A stretch of 64,000 nucleotides of DNA from Alloascoidea hylecoeti (lineage: Eukaryota), in contig BCKZ01000022.1 of NCBI GenBank assembly GCA_001600815.1, positions 214,982-278,981 on the forward strand. Direction: 5' to 3'. Shown one piece after another: positions 37,810 to 47,874 of the stretch (position 1 is its first letter; each line of letters opens with the position of its first letter). Below the pieces are notes generated by a model. The model had not been told where the DNA came from and made no database searches. It worked only from the letters and a program-made list of their open reading frames with translations. The translations under genes and the position numbers were made by a program.

Positions 37810-40287
37810 TTATACAATGTCTTTATAAATAGCATCTGCAATTTTAGCAGCACTTGTCATTTCTTTTACATCATGAACCCTTATAATATCACTCCCATTC
37901 CCAATACAAGCAGTAATAGTAGCAGCAGTTCCAATAACTCTATCTTTTGGAATTGGTTCATTTGTTATTGTCCCAATGAATTTTTTCCTTGATGGGCCTA
38001 ATAAAATAGGTAAACCATTTAAAGAAGTATATTTCGTTAATTCACTAAATGCATCATCTTCAATATCATCATTTTTAATACATGATAGACGAGAATAATT
38101 TGTAATTAATGGTAATTTTCGGATAATACTTAAATTTTGTTTTAAATTTTTTGCAAATCCAATACCAGGATCTAAAATAATTTGCCATTTTTTAACACCA
38201 GAATTAAATGCTTCTTCAACTCTATCTAATAATTCTCTTGCAATTATAGTAGCAACAACATAATCACTATTTTGTATTGATAAATCATTATTTGTTATAA
38301 TATGATGTAAATTATCATTTGTTTTATTATGATTAATTTTAATATATTCAATTGATGATGAAATATCATTAAAATCAATTAAATTTTCATAATGTGCTAG
38401 TTGATCCATCGTTGATGGTGTACCTCTTGTATGATTTATTATAATTGGAACATTTAATTTACCAATTGTTGAAAACATTTCTTTATCATAAGTACCACCA
38501 GAAATATCATTAATTATATCAGCACCTGCTTCAATTGATTGTTTAGCAACTTCTGATCTATAAGTATCAATTGAAATCAAAACTTTTTGTAATCTTTCGT
38601 CTGTTGATGATCTAATTGCTTTAACTGCAGGTATAACACGACGAAGTTCTTCATCGAGTCCAGGATCTGAACTACCAGGTTTAGTTGAAACGCCACCAAT
38701 ATCTATGATATCAGCACCATTATCAACCATTTCAATAGAAGATTTAATAAGATTTGAAACTTCTATATTATTTCCACCATCAGAAAAAGAATCTGGAGTA
38801 ACATTTAATATCCCCATTATATAAGTTCTTAAAGTATGATCTAATGGATCAAATTGTAATGCTTCATTAGTTCTTACAATTGGAATAGCAGTAAATAATT
38901 TTGAAGATAATTGTAATGAAGGATTAGATTTAGGTAATTGATGTAAATGAGAATGAAAAGTTTCAGCAGTTAAAGGATGAGTTTCAGATGGTGATAATAA
39001 TTCACATAATGGTTGTAAAACAAATGATCTTTCAACTATACCAATATGTGGAATAATTAATCTTGAATGATTTAAAATTAATTTATCGTATAATAAAATA
39101 TCTAAATCAATTGTTCTTGGACCTTTATCAATTAATTTAATTCTTTTTAAAATATTTGATTCAATATCTTGTAATTCATCTAATAATTCTAATGGTTCTA
39201 ATGTTGTTTTAACTTCAAAAACTCCATTTATAAATTTAGGTTGGTTTGTAACATACATTGGTTCAGATTCATATAATGATGAAGTAGCAACAACAGTAAT
39301 GTTTTTCTTATTTAATTCTTCATAAGCTCTTAAAATGTTATGATGTGGATTACCTTGATTTGTTCCAAATGCAATAAAAGCTTTATGAAATTCAATTTTT
39401 GAAGGTTGAAAAATCCCACTTGTTTCAGAAACATTATCTTCAGGATCTTCATTTGAATCAGGAAATAATTGAATTGAATTTTGTGGATTATGAGATAATT
39501 TTAATAAATCTATAGGTTCCCAACCATCAAAGAATTGTTTTGATCTAATAATTTCAACACCAACACCATCAGCAAAAGTAATTGCACTTGGTTTTTCAAC
39601 CCTAACTCTAACAGTTTCAATACCATGTTGACAAACCAATTGTGCAACACTTGTAACTAAAGCTTCAACAGTTTTAAATTGTGAATTTTCAATATATTTT
39701 GTAACATCATTAATCATTAAATGAATATCAAATTTTGAATAATCAATTTTTGGCTTTTCTAATTCTAAATCAATAATAATATTTTGTTTTTCTCTTCTTT
39801 CAAATGTAAATACACCAATAATTGTTGATAAAATTAATTTATTAATTTTAATTAAATCAGATATACCATCAACATTTTTAATAAAATTTTCATTTTTAGA
39901 ATGATCTTTTTGTCTAACTATAATAATTTCTAAACTTTTAGCACGTAATAAAGCTTTATCACAACTAATTTGAATTTTTGCCCATTGTCCTCCATTTTTT
40001 GATTCATCTAATACTTCATTTGCAACTTTTATTGAAATATCATCTAATGATTTAAATCTTGAACTAGGAGATTCTAATAATTCAGTTATATTTCTTGATA
40101 TAATTGCATAGTTTAATGAATGGTGTAAATGATCTGTTGCACCCGCTAATGCTAAAGAAGATCTTAAAGAAACTGATACTGAAACAGGTTGCGGTTTTGG
40201 TCTTTTCCATGCATCATGACCAGTTAAAACTTTTAATAAAAGACTTCGGATGAAAATTGTATCTGGTGCTGATGATGGAGTAGGCAT
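37810..40287 (-). CDS. FOL1: Trifunctional folate synthesis enzyme (2x DHNA, HPPK, DHPS)
   Basis: Tandem FolB domains (SLNYA; IIGVFTFER; FKTVEAL), HPPK (IAFGTNQG; GPRTIDLDILLY), DHPS (MGILNVTPDSFSDGG; SIDTY; LDPGIGF; GPSRKKFIG; IIRVHDV). A possible upstream extension is described in findings. Confidence 0.97.
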   Translation of the reverse strand: MPTPSSAPDTIFIRSLLLKVLTGHDAWKRPKPQPVSVSVSLRSSLALAGATDHLHHSLNYAIISRNITELLESPSSRFKSLDDISIKVANEVLDESKNGGQWAKIQISCDKALLRAKSLEIIIVRQKDHSKNENFIKNVDGISDLIKINKLILSTIIGVFTFERREKQNIIIDLELEKPKIDYSKFDIHLMINDVTKYIENSQFKTVEALVTSVAQLVCQHGIETVRVRVEKPSAITFADGVGVEIIRSKQFFDGWEPIDLLKLSHNPQNSIQLFPDSNEDPEDNVSETSGIFQPSKIEFHKAFIAFGTNQGNPHHNILRAYEELNKKNITVVATSSLYESEPMYVTNQPKFINGVFEVKTTLEPLELLDELQDIESNILKRIKLIDKGPRTIDLDILLYDKLILNHSRLIIPHIGIVERSFVLQPLCELLSPSETHPLTAETFHSHLHQLPKSNPSLQLSSKLFTAIPIVRTNEALQFDPLDHTLRTYIMGILNVTPDSFSDGGNNIEVSNLIKSSIEMVDNGADIIDIGGVSTKPGSSDPGLDEELRRVIPAVKAIRSSTDERLQKVLISIDTYRSEVAKQSIEAGADIINDISGGTYDKEMFSTIGKLNVPIIINHTRGTPSTMDQLAHYENLIDFNDISSSIEYIKINHNKTNDNLHHIITNNDLSIQNSDYVVATIIARELLDRVEEAFNSGVKKWQIILDPGIGFAKNLKQNLSIIRKLPLITNYSRLSCIKNDDIEDDAFSELTKYTSLNGLPILLGPSRKKFIGTITNEPIPKDRVIGTAATITACIGNGSDIIRVHDVKEMTSAAKIADAIYKDIV

Positions 40288-40898
40288 ATTATTACAATTG
40301 ATTGAATTTGAAGAAGATAATGTATTAATTGGTTCTGATTTAAGAGTTGTTGAAATATGTCTATGAAAAGAAAAAGAAAAACCGTTAGGAATTAGTCACT
40401 ATCTAATTATTAATAAAGGAACGGATTTAATATACCTTTTTAAACCATATAAACGGCAACCAGATAAAACTGGTTTATAAAATGCAGAAAACCCTGCAAA
40501 ACGAAACAATTTCAATCCCAGAATTTTTTTAACAAGTCTCCCAAAAGAAGAGAAATTAAAAGTATTAAAACTTTTTGTTTATTCACTTATCTTTACAAAT
40601 TTTGATAATGAAAATCAAAACTGATTTTTTTTACACATCACGTGCTACAACTGAGGAATCGAAGTGAAAATTTCTTTTATTTGAAGTATTTTTTTACAAG
40701 GAATTTTTGACAGCAAAAATATTAAACATTACTATTATCATCAAAATATATAAATTAATATAAGTACAGGCTCTGAGATCACATTAAAGACATTAAGGAA
40801 ATACTTTTATTTTTTTAGGTTATTGGCTGTTGTTTGTTTGTTGTTTGTTTGTTGTTATGAATAGATGAATGACTGCTTTTTGGATGAAAAATGAAAAA

Positions 40899-41336
40899 TT
40901 AATCAGTACCAGAACAATCTCTACTAATATGACCAGGTTTTCCACAAGTATAACAATTCTTTCCTGATTCTGCATTAGTACAATCTTTACTTAAATGACC
41001 GAATTTTCCACAAGCATAACATTTCGTAGAAGTAGATTGACAATCTTTAGCGAAATGATTTGGGCCACCACATTTATAACAAGAAGGAGGTGGTCTTTTT
41101 CCAAATCTTTGTGAGCGAGAACCAGTTTGTACAGGTCTATCATTTGAAGTTTCAGTAGATGGACAATTTCTAGAAATATGACCAAATTCATTACATTTAT
41201 AACATTTAGGACCGGATTTAGAATCTGATTGAGGTTCAGTACAGTTTGATTTAATATGACCACCTTTACCACAATTGTAGCATTTTCGGTTATCAGTTGA
41301 TGATTCAACGGATGTATTAACGGTTGTGGTGCTCAT
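40899..41336 (-). CDS. GIS2: CNBP/Gis2-type CCHC zinc-knuckle RNA-binding protein
   Basis: Five CX2CX4HX4C knuckles including CYKCGGPNHFAKDC; located between FOL1 and RTC4 as in S. cerevisiae. Confidence 0.9.
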   Translation of the reverse strand: MSTTTVNTSVESSTDNRKCYNCGKGGHIKSNCTEPQSDSKSGPKCYKCNEFGHISRNCPSTETSNDRPVQTGSRSQRFGKRPPPSCYKCGGPNHFAKDCQSTSTKCYACGKFGHLSKDCTNAESGKNCYTCGKPGHISRDCSGTD

Positions 41337-41464
41337 TTTTGTTATTTTTAGTTTAGTTTCGTTTTAAAGAAAAGAATGCGAGAAATTAAATTTTTTTTTC
41401 ACTTGTCAAACCACAAATTAAGGTTTTGATAGCCATTATCTAGTTACCCTCCCTTTCTATGCTG

Positions 41465-42640
41465 CTAAGTTGAAGAATCAACAATAACTCTTCCATATTG
41501 ACTACTTTTTAATTGAACTTTATAAGCTTCAGATTCTGATAAATTTCTTTCATTCATAATCATTCTTAAAGCAACCTCAGGTGCTAAAACATATTGAGTA
41601 TAAGTTTCTAAAGAAAAAAAATTAATTAATTTTTTTAAATTTAAATTTTTTTTTGAATTTTTTTTAATATCATTTCTATAAATTTTTAAAATTTCATTTG
41701 TTATTAAAACTTGACCTTTTAAACCATAATAACCAACATCAAAAACTTTTAAATTATGTTTGAAAGATTCTAAATTTGAAAATCTTAAACTTTTACTTGA
41801 TTTCATAATTTCTTCAGCTTTTGATTGAAATTTTAATTTAATATTATTATTACCTTTTAAAATTTTTTCAATTATTGGAATTGAAATAAACATTAATTGT
41901 TTAAATTTTTCTTCATTAAATGTAGTTGGATAATTTTCTTTTTTACCTAATTCAAGTAATTCATCTTTTTCTTTTTCAAGTATTGATTTCCTTGGAATAT
42001 CATCCATTATATCATTATCACTTAAAGCCTTTAAATCCATTCCTTGGTATTTATTAGTCAAATCACTTCTTCCGTTTTTTATTAGTTTTTCAAAATCAAT
42101 ATCATCATCATCATCACTTGGAATACTAGGTAAACTTATTTCAATATCAGATTCAATTGGTGAATGAAATCTCTTGTCGATTTTTTCACTAGTTCCTTGT
42201 GAATTTATTTCCCTTTCACGTTCCTTGTAGCTATCCTCCACTTCTTTATCGATAGAACCAAGTATTTTATCAAAATCAAAATCATCATCTAGACTAAAAT
42301 CTAAGCCGAGTCGATTTTTCTGTTTATGATCAGATTCATTTTCACTTTCATTTTCACTTTCCGATGATTTATCACCCAGATCTTCTAATGCATCGCCCCA
42401 ATCATTTTGCACTTTTGCCCTCCTTTCTTCTCTATCTTCAGCAGTATTTGACTTCTTTTTAACAGGTTCATCTTTATTATCATCATAATATTGATGTAGA
42501 GTTCTTTTTTTAAAATTCAATTGAGATTTCTCTTGAAGATTCAACCTGGGTTTTATACTAACGCCTCTTTTTGATGAATTGGTGTTTTTGGAAATCTTTC
42601 CATACTTAACAGTTGAAATCGAACGATCCTTTTTTGGCAT
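41465..42640 (-). CDS. RTC4: RTC4-like domain protein
   Basis: C-terminal GYYGLKG...YVLAPEVALRMIMNE...EA...SSQYG; FOL1-GIS2-RTC4 order conserved with S. cerevisiae. Confidence 0.8.
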   Translation of the reverse strand: MPKKDRSISTVKYGKISKNTNSSKRGVSIKPRLNLQEKSQLNFKKRTLHQYYDDNKDEPVKKKSNTAEDREERRAKVQNDWGDALEDLGDKSSESENESENESDHKQKNRLGLDFSLDDDFDFDKILGSIDKEVEDSYKEREREINSQGTSEKIDKRFHSPIESDIEISLPSIPSDDDDDIDFEKLIKNGRSDLTNKYQGMDLKALSDNDIMDDIPRKSILEKEKDELLELGKKENYPTTFNEEKFKQLMFISIPIIEKILKGNNNIKLKFQSKAEEIMKSSKSLRFSNLESFKHNLKVFDVGYYGLKGQVLITNEILKIYRNDIKKNSKKNLNLKKLINFFSLETYTQYVLAPEVALRMIMNERNLSESEAYKVQLKSSQYGRVIVDSST

Positions 42641-42803
42641 CTTGTTGTGTTTTTATGGGAAGAAAAGAAGGTGGAAAGTATTAATACCGTGAAGGTTATG
42701 GGCGGACGGGTGTGTGGACATAAAATGCCAATATTAAATGTTAATGCTTAACGAAACTCTCCAAACCATCTGAACTTCTCTACAGCGTTGTACTTCCACA
42801 AAC

Positions 42804-45365
42804 ATGACGACAAGGCAATTGCAACCCCGTCCCCCCAACATGTCTTCTTTTTGGTATGCTCTGATGCTGTTAATGGCATTCTCTAGCCTGGTTAGTATGG
42901 TATCCGCCTCTTCAACCCCATTGCTGTCAAGATACGACGCCACAAAAGATGATGGCAAAGTACGAAGCTACATCACACAGTTCGATGCTGCTCCAATGGA
43001 ATACTACTACCTCGACAGAGCCCCAGATGCTACTGATAAGGATGAAACGATCATTCTACGTTCTGATAATGGAAAAGCTTACGTTACACATAACCAAGGT
43101 CTAGACTGGGCTGAGATCCCAACTGAAGAAGAAATTCTTGTTATTTATATAAATGATTTTTATCCTGATCAAGTATATCTGGTTGCAGCAAACAATGTGG
43201 TTTATTATAGTACAGATCGAGCAAATACATGGAATACATTCAAAACTCCTGCTGAACCAAGTAGAATATTATCTGTTTTTACATTTCATCCAAATCAAAA
43301 AGATTGGATTTTATTTAGTGGAGAAGATTGTACAAGTGAAACATTTGCTGATTTTTGTAAAACAAAAATTTATTATACAATAAATAATGGCAAAAATTGG
43401 AATGAATTAGAAGATGTTTCAAAATGTATTTATATTACTGATTTACCACAAATTAAAGATGATAAATTAATTTATTGTATCCGAACGAGAAAGGACACAG
43501 ATTCAAGACATTATAGAGAATTAATTTATTCAAATGATTATTTTCAAACTTCAACATCAGCTTTTGATAAAATTGTTGATTTTGTTCAATTAAAAGGTTT
43601 TTTAGTTGTTGGTGCTATATCAAAGGACGATAATTCAATGGAGGCTTATACATCAGTTGATGCAAAAAATTTTGCTCCAGCTAAATTTCCTCATAATTTT
43701 CATGTTAAATCTCAACAAGCTTATACATTATTAGATTCATCAACAAACTCAATTTTTTTGCATGTTACAGTATTTGATAAAATTGGTTCTGAATATGGTT
43801 CAATTTTAAAATCAAATTCAAATGGTACTTCATATGTATTACAAGTTGAAGCAGCAAATAGAAATGAAATTGGATTTGTTGATTTTGAAAGAATGCAAGG
43901 TTTAGAAGGTGTTATAATAATAAATGAAGTTTCAAATGTTAAAGAAGTTAATGATGGTGAACCAAAAACTTTAAAATCTAAAATTACACATAATGATGGA
44001 TCAATATGGAAGTATATTAATGCTCCTCTAAAGGATTCTGAAGGTAAAGATTATAAATGTGATGTTAAAAATCTTAAAACTTGTTCATTAAATTTACATG
44101 GTTTCACTGAAAGAAGAGATTTTAGAGATACTTTTTCTTCAAAATCAGCCATTGGAATGATGATGGCTGTTGGTAACGTTGGTGATAGATTAGGATCTAT
44201 TTATGATGGTGATACATTCATTACAAAAGATGGAGGTTTAACATGGAAAGAAGTTAAAAAAGGTGTTTATATGTGGGAATATGGTGATCAAGGCTCAATA
44301 ATTGTTATTGTTAATGGTGAAGATAGTACAAATACCATTTCTTATACATTAGATGATGGTGATACATGGAATGATTTTCAATTTAGTGATAATAAAATTT
44401 CAATTTTTGATATTGCAACTGTTCCATCAGATAATAGTAGAAAATTTTTATTATTTGGAAAATTATCTGTTGAAGATGGTTCAAAATCAGTTACTATACA
44501 AATAGATTTTACTGGTTTAACAAATAGAAAATGTATATTGGATGTTAAACATGAAGATAGTGATGATTTTGAATTATGGACACCAAGTCATCCATCAAGA
44601 GATGATAATTGTTTATTTGGTCATGAATCTCAATATTATAGAAAAATCCCTTCAAAAAATTGTTATATTGGAGATCTTATTCTTCAACCAAAACAGATCA
44701 TTAGAGATTGTGAATGTGTTATTGAAGATTTTGAATGTGATTTTAATTATTATAGAACTGATGATGGACAATGTTCATTAGTACCTGGCTATGAACCACC
44801 AGATCATGAATCACAATGTAAAGAAATGCCAGATACAATTGAATATTGGATTCCTACTGGTTATAGAAGAATTCCATTAACTTCTTGTAAAGGAGGTAAA
44901 GAACTTGATAAAGTGGAATCAAAACCATGTCCTGGGAAAGAACAACAGTATGCTAATAAGCATAAAGGAATACATGGTTTTGCATTATTTGTTATCATTA
45001 TAATACCTATTGGGATGGCTGCTGTTATTGGGTATATTATTTATGATAATTATGTTGGTAAATATGGTCAAATAAGACTTGGTGAAGATGATATATTTGG
45101 ATCCAATGGTTCTCCAATATCTCGTTATGCTTCATTAGGTTTATCCTTCTTTATTACAGCTATAGCTGAAATTTCATATGGATTGAAAAATTTTATTGAG
45201 AATATTATTGATAGATTGGCTGTATTAACTGGTAGATCACATGTTACTTATGGTGGATTAACAGATGCTGATTATCAATCAGATGAAGAAGGAGAATTAT
45301 TTAGTGTTCCTGATGATGAAGATGAAGATGATATTGATGAAGATGCCGATGAATTTATTGTATAG
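42804..45365 (+). CDS. PEP1: Vacuolar sorting receptor of Vps10/sortilin family, single VPS10 domain
   Basis: Signal peptide (ATG at 42804 or 42840), BNR/Asp-box repeats (STDRANTW, TKDGGLTW, TLDDGDTW), LHGFTER, WEYGDQG, Cys-rich CECVIEDFECD, one TM helix, GQIRLGED and an acidic tail. Confidence 0.9.
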   Translation: MTTRQLQPRPPNMSSFWYALMLLMAFSSLVSMVSASSTPLLSRYDATKDDGKVRSYITQFDAAPMEYYYLDRAPDATDKDETIILRSDNGKAYVTHNQGLDWAEIPTEEEILVIYINDFYPDQVYLVAANNVVYYSTDRANTWNTFKTPAEPSRILSVFTFHPNQKDWILFSGEDCTSETFADFCKTKIYYTINNGKNWNELEDVSKCIYITDLPQIKDDKLIYCIRTRKDTDSRHYRELIYSNDYFQTSTSAFDKIVDFVQLKGFLVVGAISKDDNSMEAYTSVDAKNFAPAKFPHNFHVKSQQAYTLLDSSTNSIFLHVTVFDKIGSEYGSILKSNSNGTSYVLQVEAANRNEIGFVDFERMQGLEGVIIINEVSNVKEVNDGEPKTLKSKITHNDGSIWKYINAPLKDSEGKDYKCDVKNLKTCSLNLHGFTERRDFRDTFSSKSAIGMMMAVGNVGDRLGSIYDGDTFITKDGGLTWKEVKKGVYMWEYGDQGSIIVIVNGEDSTNTISYTLDDGDTWNDFQFSDNKISIFDIATVPSDNSRKFLLFGKLSVEDGSKSVTIQIDFTGLTNRKCILDVKHEDSDDFELWTPSHPSRDDNCLFGHESQYYRKIPSKNCYIGDLILQPKQIIRDCECVIEDFECDFNYYRTDDGQCSLVPGYEPPDHESQCKEMPDTIEYWIPTGYRRIPLTSCKGGKELDKVESKPCPGKEQQYANKHKGIHGFALFVIIIIPIGMAAVIGYIIYDNYVGKYGQIRLGEDDIFGSNGSPISRYASLGLSFFITAIAEISYGLKNFIENIIDRLAVLTGRSHVTYGGLTDADYQSDEEGELFSVPDDEDEDDIDEDADEFIV

Positions 45366-45499
45366 GAAAAGTAACAGGAGTATTTTTTGCTTGATAAATC
45401 AATAGCATAATTACTATTTAAATTGAATTATAAAAGTATAATTTATTTCTATTTAATTCATAGCTTATAATAACATTTACATAAAAGGGGGAATTTTAT

Positions 45500-46248
45500 A
45501 CATTATTTACCGACGTATTTAATAAAGTTCCACTTCTAATTGCACAACCTAAAGCTTTTAACAAATCAATTAATCTTGAAGGTTTCATTTGAAGTTCTGT
45601 AGCCATAGTTGTGTTACCATTGTATAGTTTTCCAACTTTAAACACAAAACTAAAAAATGACATAGTATTTGATCCTCACAAAAAAGATCAATATAAAATC
45701 CATCTGCCTTTCTTTTACCATCAGTAAGTACAATAATAATAGAAGCATTACCACCCATTTTAGCAACCATACGATTTTCATTACTGATTTTATAATTTTC
45801 TCGAATTCCTAATATAATTTGATTTTGAAAATGGTAACAATTTTAATTGATTTTTTATTAAAGGTTCATTTAAAATCATATCCTATTTAAATTTAGGAAC
45901 AATACTATTCATTGTATAAACATTTTCAACTTCAGTAGCTTCTGAATTAAATTCAGGAATATTTGCATCAGTTTTTTGATTTGTTGGATAGTTTGCTGTG
46001 TTCTCTTTAATGCTTTCATAAAGCGGATCCATCAAATGATACAATTTATCAATCTTATTAAGGTCTTCTGATTATTATGGCCTTCTTTTTTAGTACCAAA
46101 TGTTTCTCCCAATTTCCTTCTTTGATCAATATAATTAATATTACGAGAGGTAAAGGATAGTTCTTCATCCTCGCTTTCAGAGTCTAAAGAAACTGGGTTT
46201 GATGTCTTTTTCTCCTTTATCGGAATCATTTTGAGTAACTTTAGACAT
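45500..46248 (-). pseudogene. RPA49: RNA polymerase I subunit A49 pseudogene
   Basis: Frameshifted pieces DQRRKLGETFGTKK, KKAI, IPEFNSEATEVENVYTMNSIVPK*, FYIDLFCEDQILCHFLVLCLKLENY and ELQMKPSRLIDLLKALG align by eye to Rpa49 (LGEAFGTKKAKKAI ... EDKILCYILA ... ELNLKPSK). Stops, frameshifts and deletions. Confidence 0.85.
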
Positions 46249-46999
46249 TTTTATTGTGTATCTAATTATGACAATAACGAATATTGATGAAAAGAGAAAG
46301 GAAGTTGAAAAAAAATTTAGTTTTTATGTTATGCAACCCATTTGTTCTGTTTTGATTATCGGCCAAAAATAAAATAAAATAAAAAAAGAAATATTAAAGA
46401 AATATTATTAGAATTAAGAGATTAAGTAGATGTTAGTAATAAATTGGTATATATTTGCTTCCGGTTTTGTAAATCGCGGTGCAATAGAACATATATATGT
46501 TGTGGGATCCGAGTATGCTTGCTGGACGTGGTTATTTGAGTACATTCCTATGTCAAGTTTCGTTACAATATTTGAAATTTTAACGTTGAGTCCAACTTTT
46601 CAACTTCCGATTGCAATACTTTTGTTTAGAGTGCTAGAGCACCCTTAGAAGTTTGAAATCCACTTCGAATAGTTTTAGCTCTGGTGTGCATAAATCATCT
46701 CATATATTTTCAATTTTTTCAACCCCATTGTGTAAGCTTCTTTTACAAACTCAAAAAATCTATAGGCTATATTTAAGGTAAATTTTCATATAAAATCAAA
46801 TTTTCCTCGATTTTTTTACTTACTTATACCTATATGTACTTCTTTTTTGCCTACCTAAATCTTTCCTTACATCGATATTATATATCTTTTGAAGATTAAA
46901 ACATTGGAATCCAATGGTTACAAGCCCCGACCAAATAGTTTTAGTCATGGCGCATTCAACGCTTGCCTTCTGGTATAATGTAATGAAATTCTTTTTGGG

Positions 47000-47240
47000 G
47001 GCGACGGTTGGGGGATGGGACTCTTAGAACAGACGAATTAATTAAGGTAATATGGCTTTTTGGCGTAACATTCATATCTACCATTATTTAATGACTAACA
47101 GTTAATTTTGAAGGTTTTAATTGAAGCTCCATAGCCATAGGTATTACTTTTTAGTTTTCCAACCTGAGAAACAAAGCTAATAAATGACATTTTTATTTTT
47201 TTATACACGTTGATTCAATCTTAAATGAATCTTTATTATA
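47000..47240 (-). pseudogene. RPA49: Second RPA49 C-terminal fragment
   Basis: SFKIESTCIKK*KCHLLALFLRLEN*KVIPMAMELQLKPSKL; clearly similar to but diverged from 45570-45700. Confidence 0.7.
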
Positions 47241-47529
47241 GAATAAATTAAAATGATTATAATTTTCAAAATCAACATGATCTTAAATCTCAATATAAAG
47301 GAGGGCTAAATATTCATTAATATTCAATAATATTCATTAATATTACAAGTATGTTTGTATCGCAAGTTCCGAAATTTCATTGTGCATAATATGCATAGCT
47401 GTATTTGGTAACTACTCTCCCCTTTAGATTGTAAATCACATAAATAGTTATCTACAAATGGAGCTATGCATAGTACTCTTTTTAACTCTAATATTTCTTG
47501 CATGTTGTTGTGCTTCCGTTGGTCACAAC

Positions 47530-47874
47530 CTATAATCCTCTTGGATTATGTGTATAATAAAAATGTATTAAGTGTATATATGTATATAATATGTGCGTTG
47601 TAAATTTATCATTTTTCCAATTCAAATCTAAAAGATAACGCTCTTTATATATTTCATACCATGAATCAGTTTCTGAATCATCATTATAGTATTTCCAATA
47701 TTTTTGATTTTTTAACTTTGATTTCCATATATCATCATATTCAGCTGTTTGTTTCCATGATTTAGATACCTCTCTGCAATTCAGTAAAGTCTTTTGTTGC
47801 AATTGTCTGAAGATTAAATCTTTTATTTCATAAGTAAAAAAATCAACACAATTGAATCTGGTCTCAATATTCAT
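47530..47874 (-). pseudogene. Truncated F-box gene (N-terminus of an F-box/WD40 family)
   Basis: EIKDLIFRQL...LLNCREVSKSWK...DDIWK...WYEIYKERY..LNWK; the WD40 part is missing; shares ATGAATCAGTTTCTGAATCATCATTATAGTATTTC with 60110-60144. Confidence 0.75.

Noticed and set aside
46440..46700. Possible further copia RNase H fragment
   Set aside because: Motif resemblance too weak to call.
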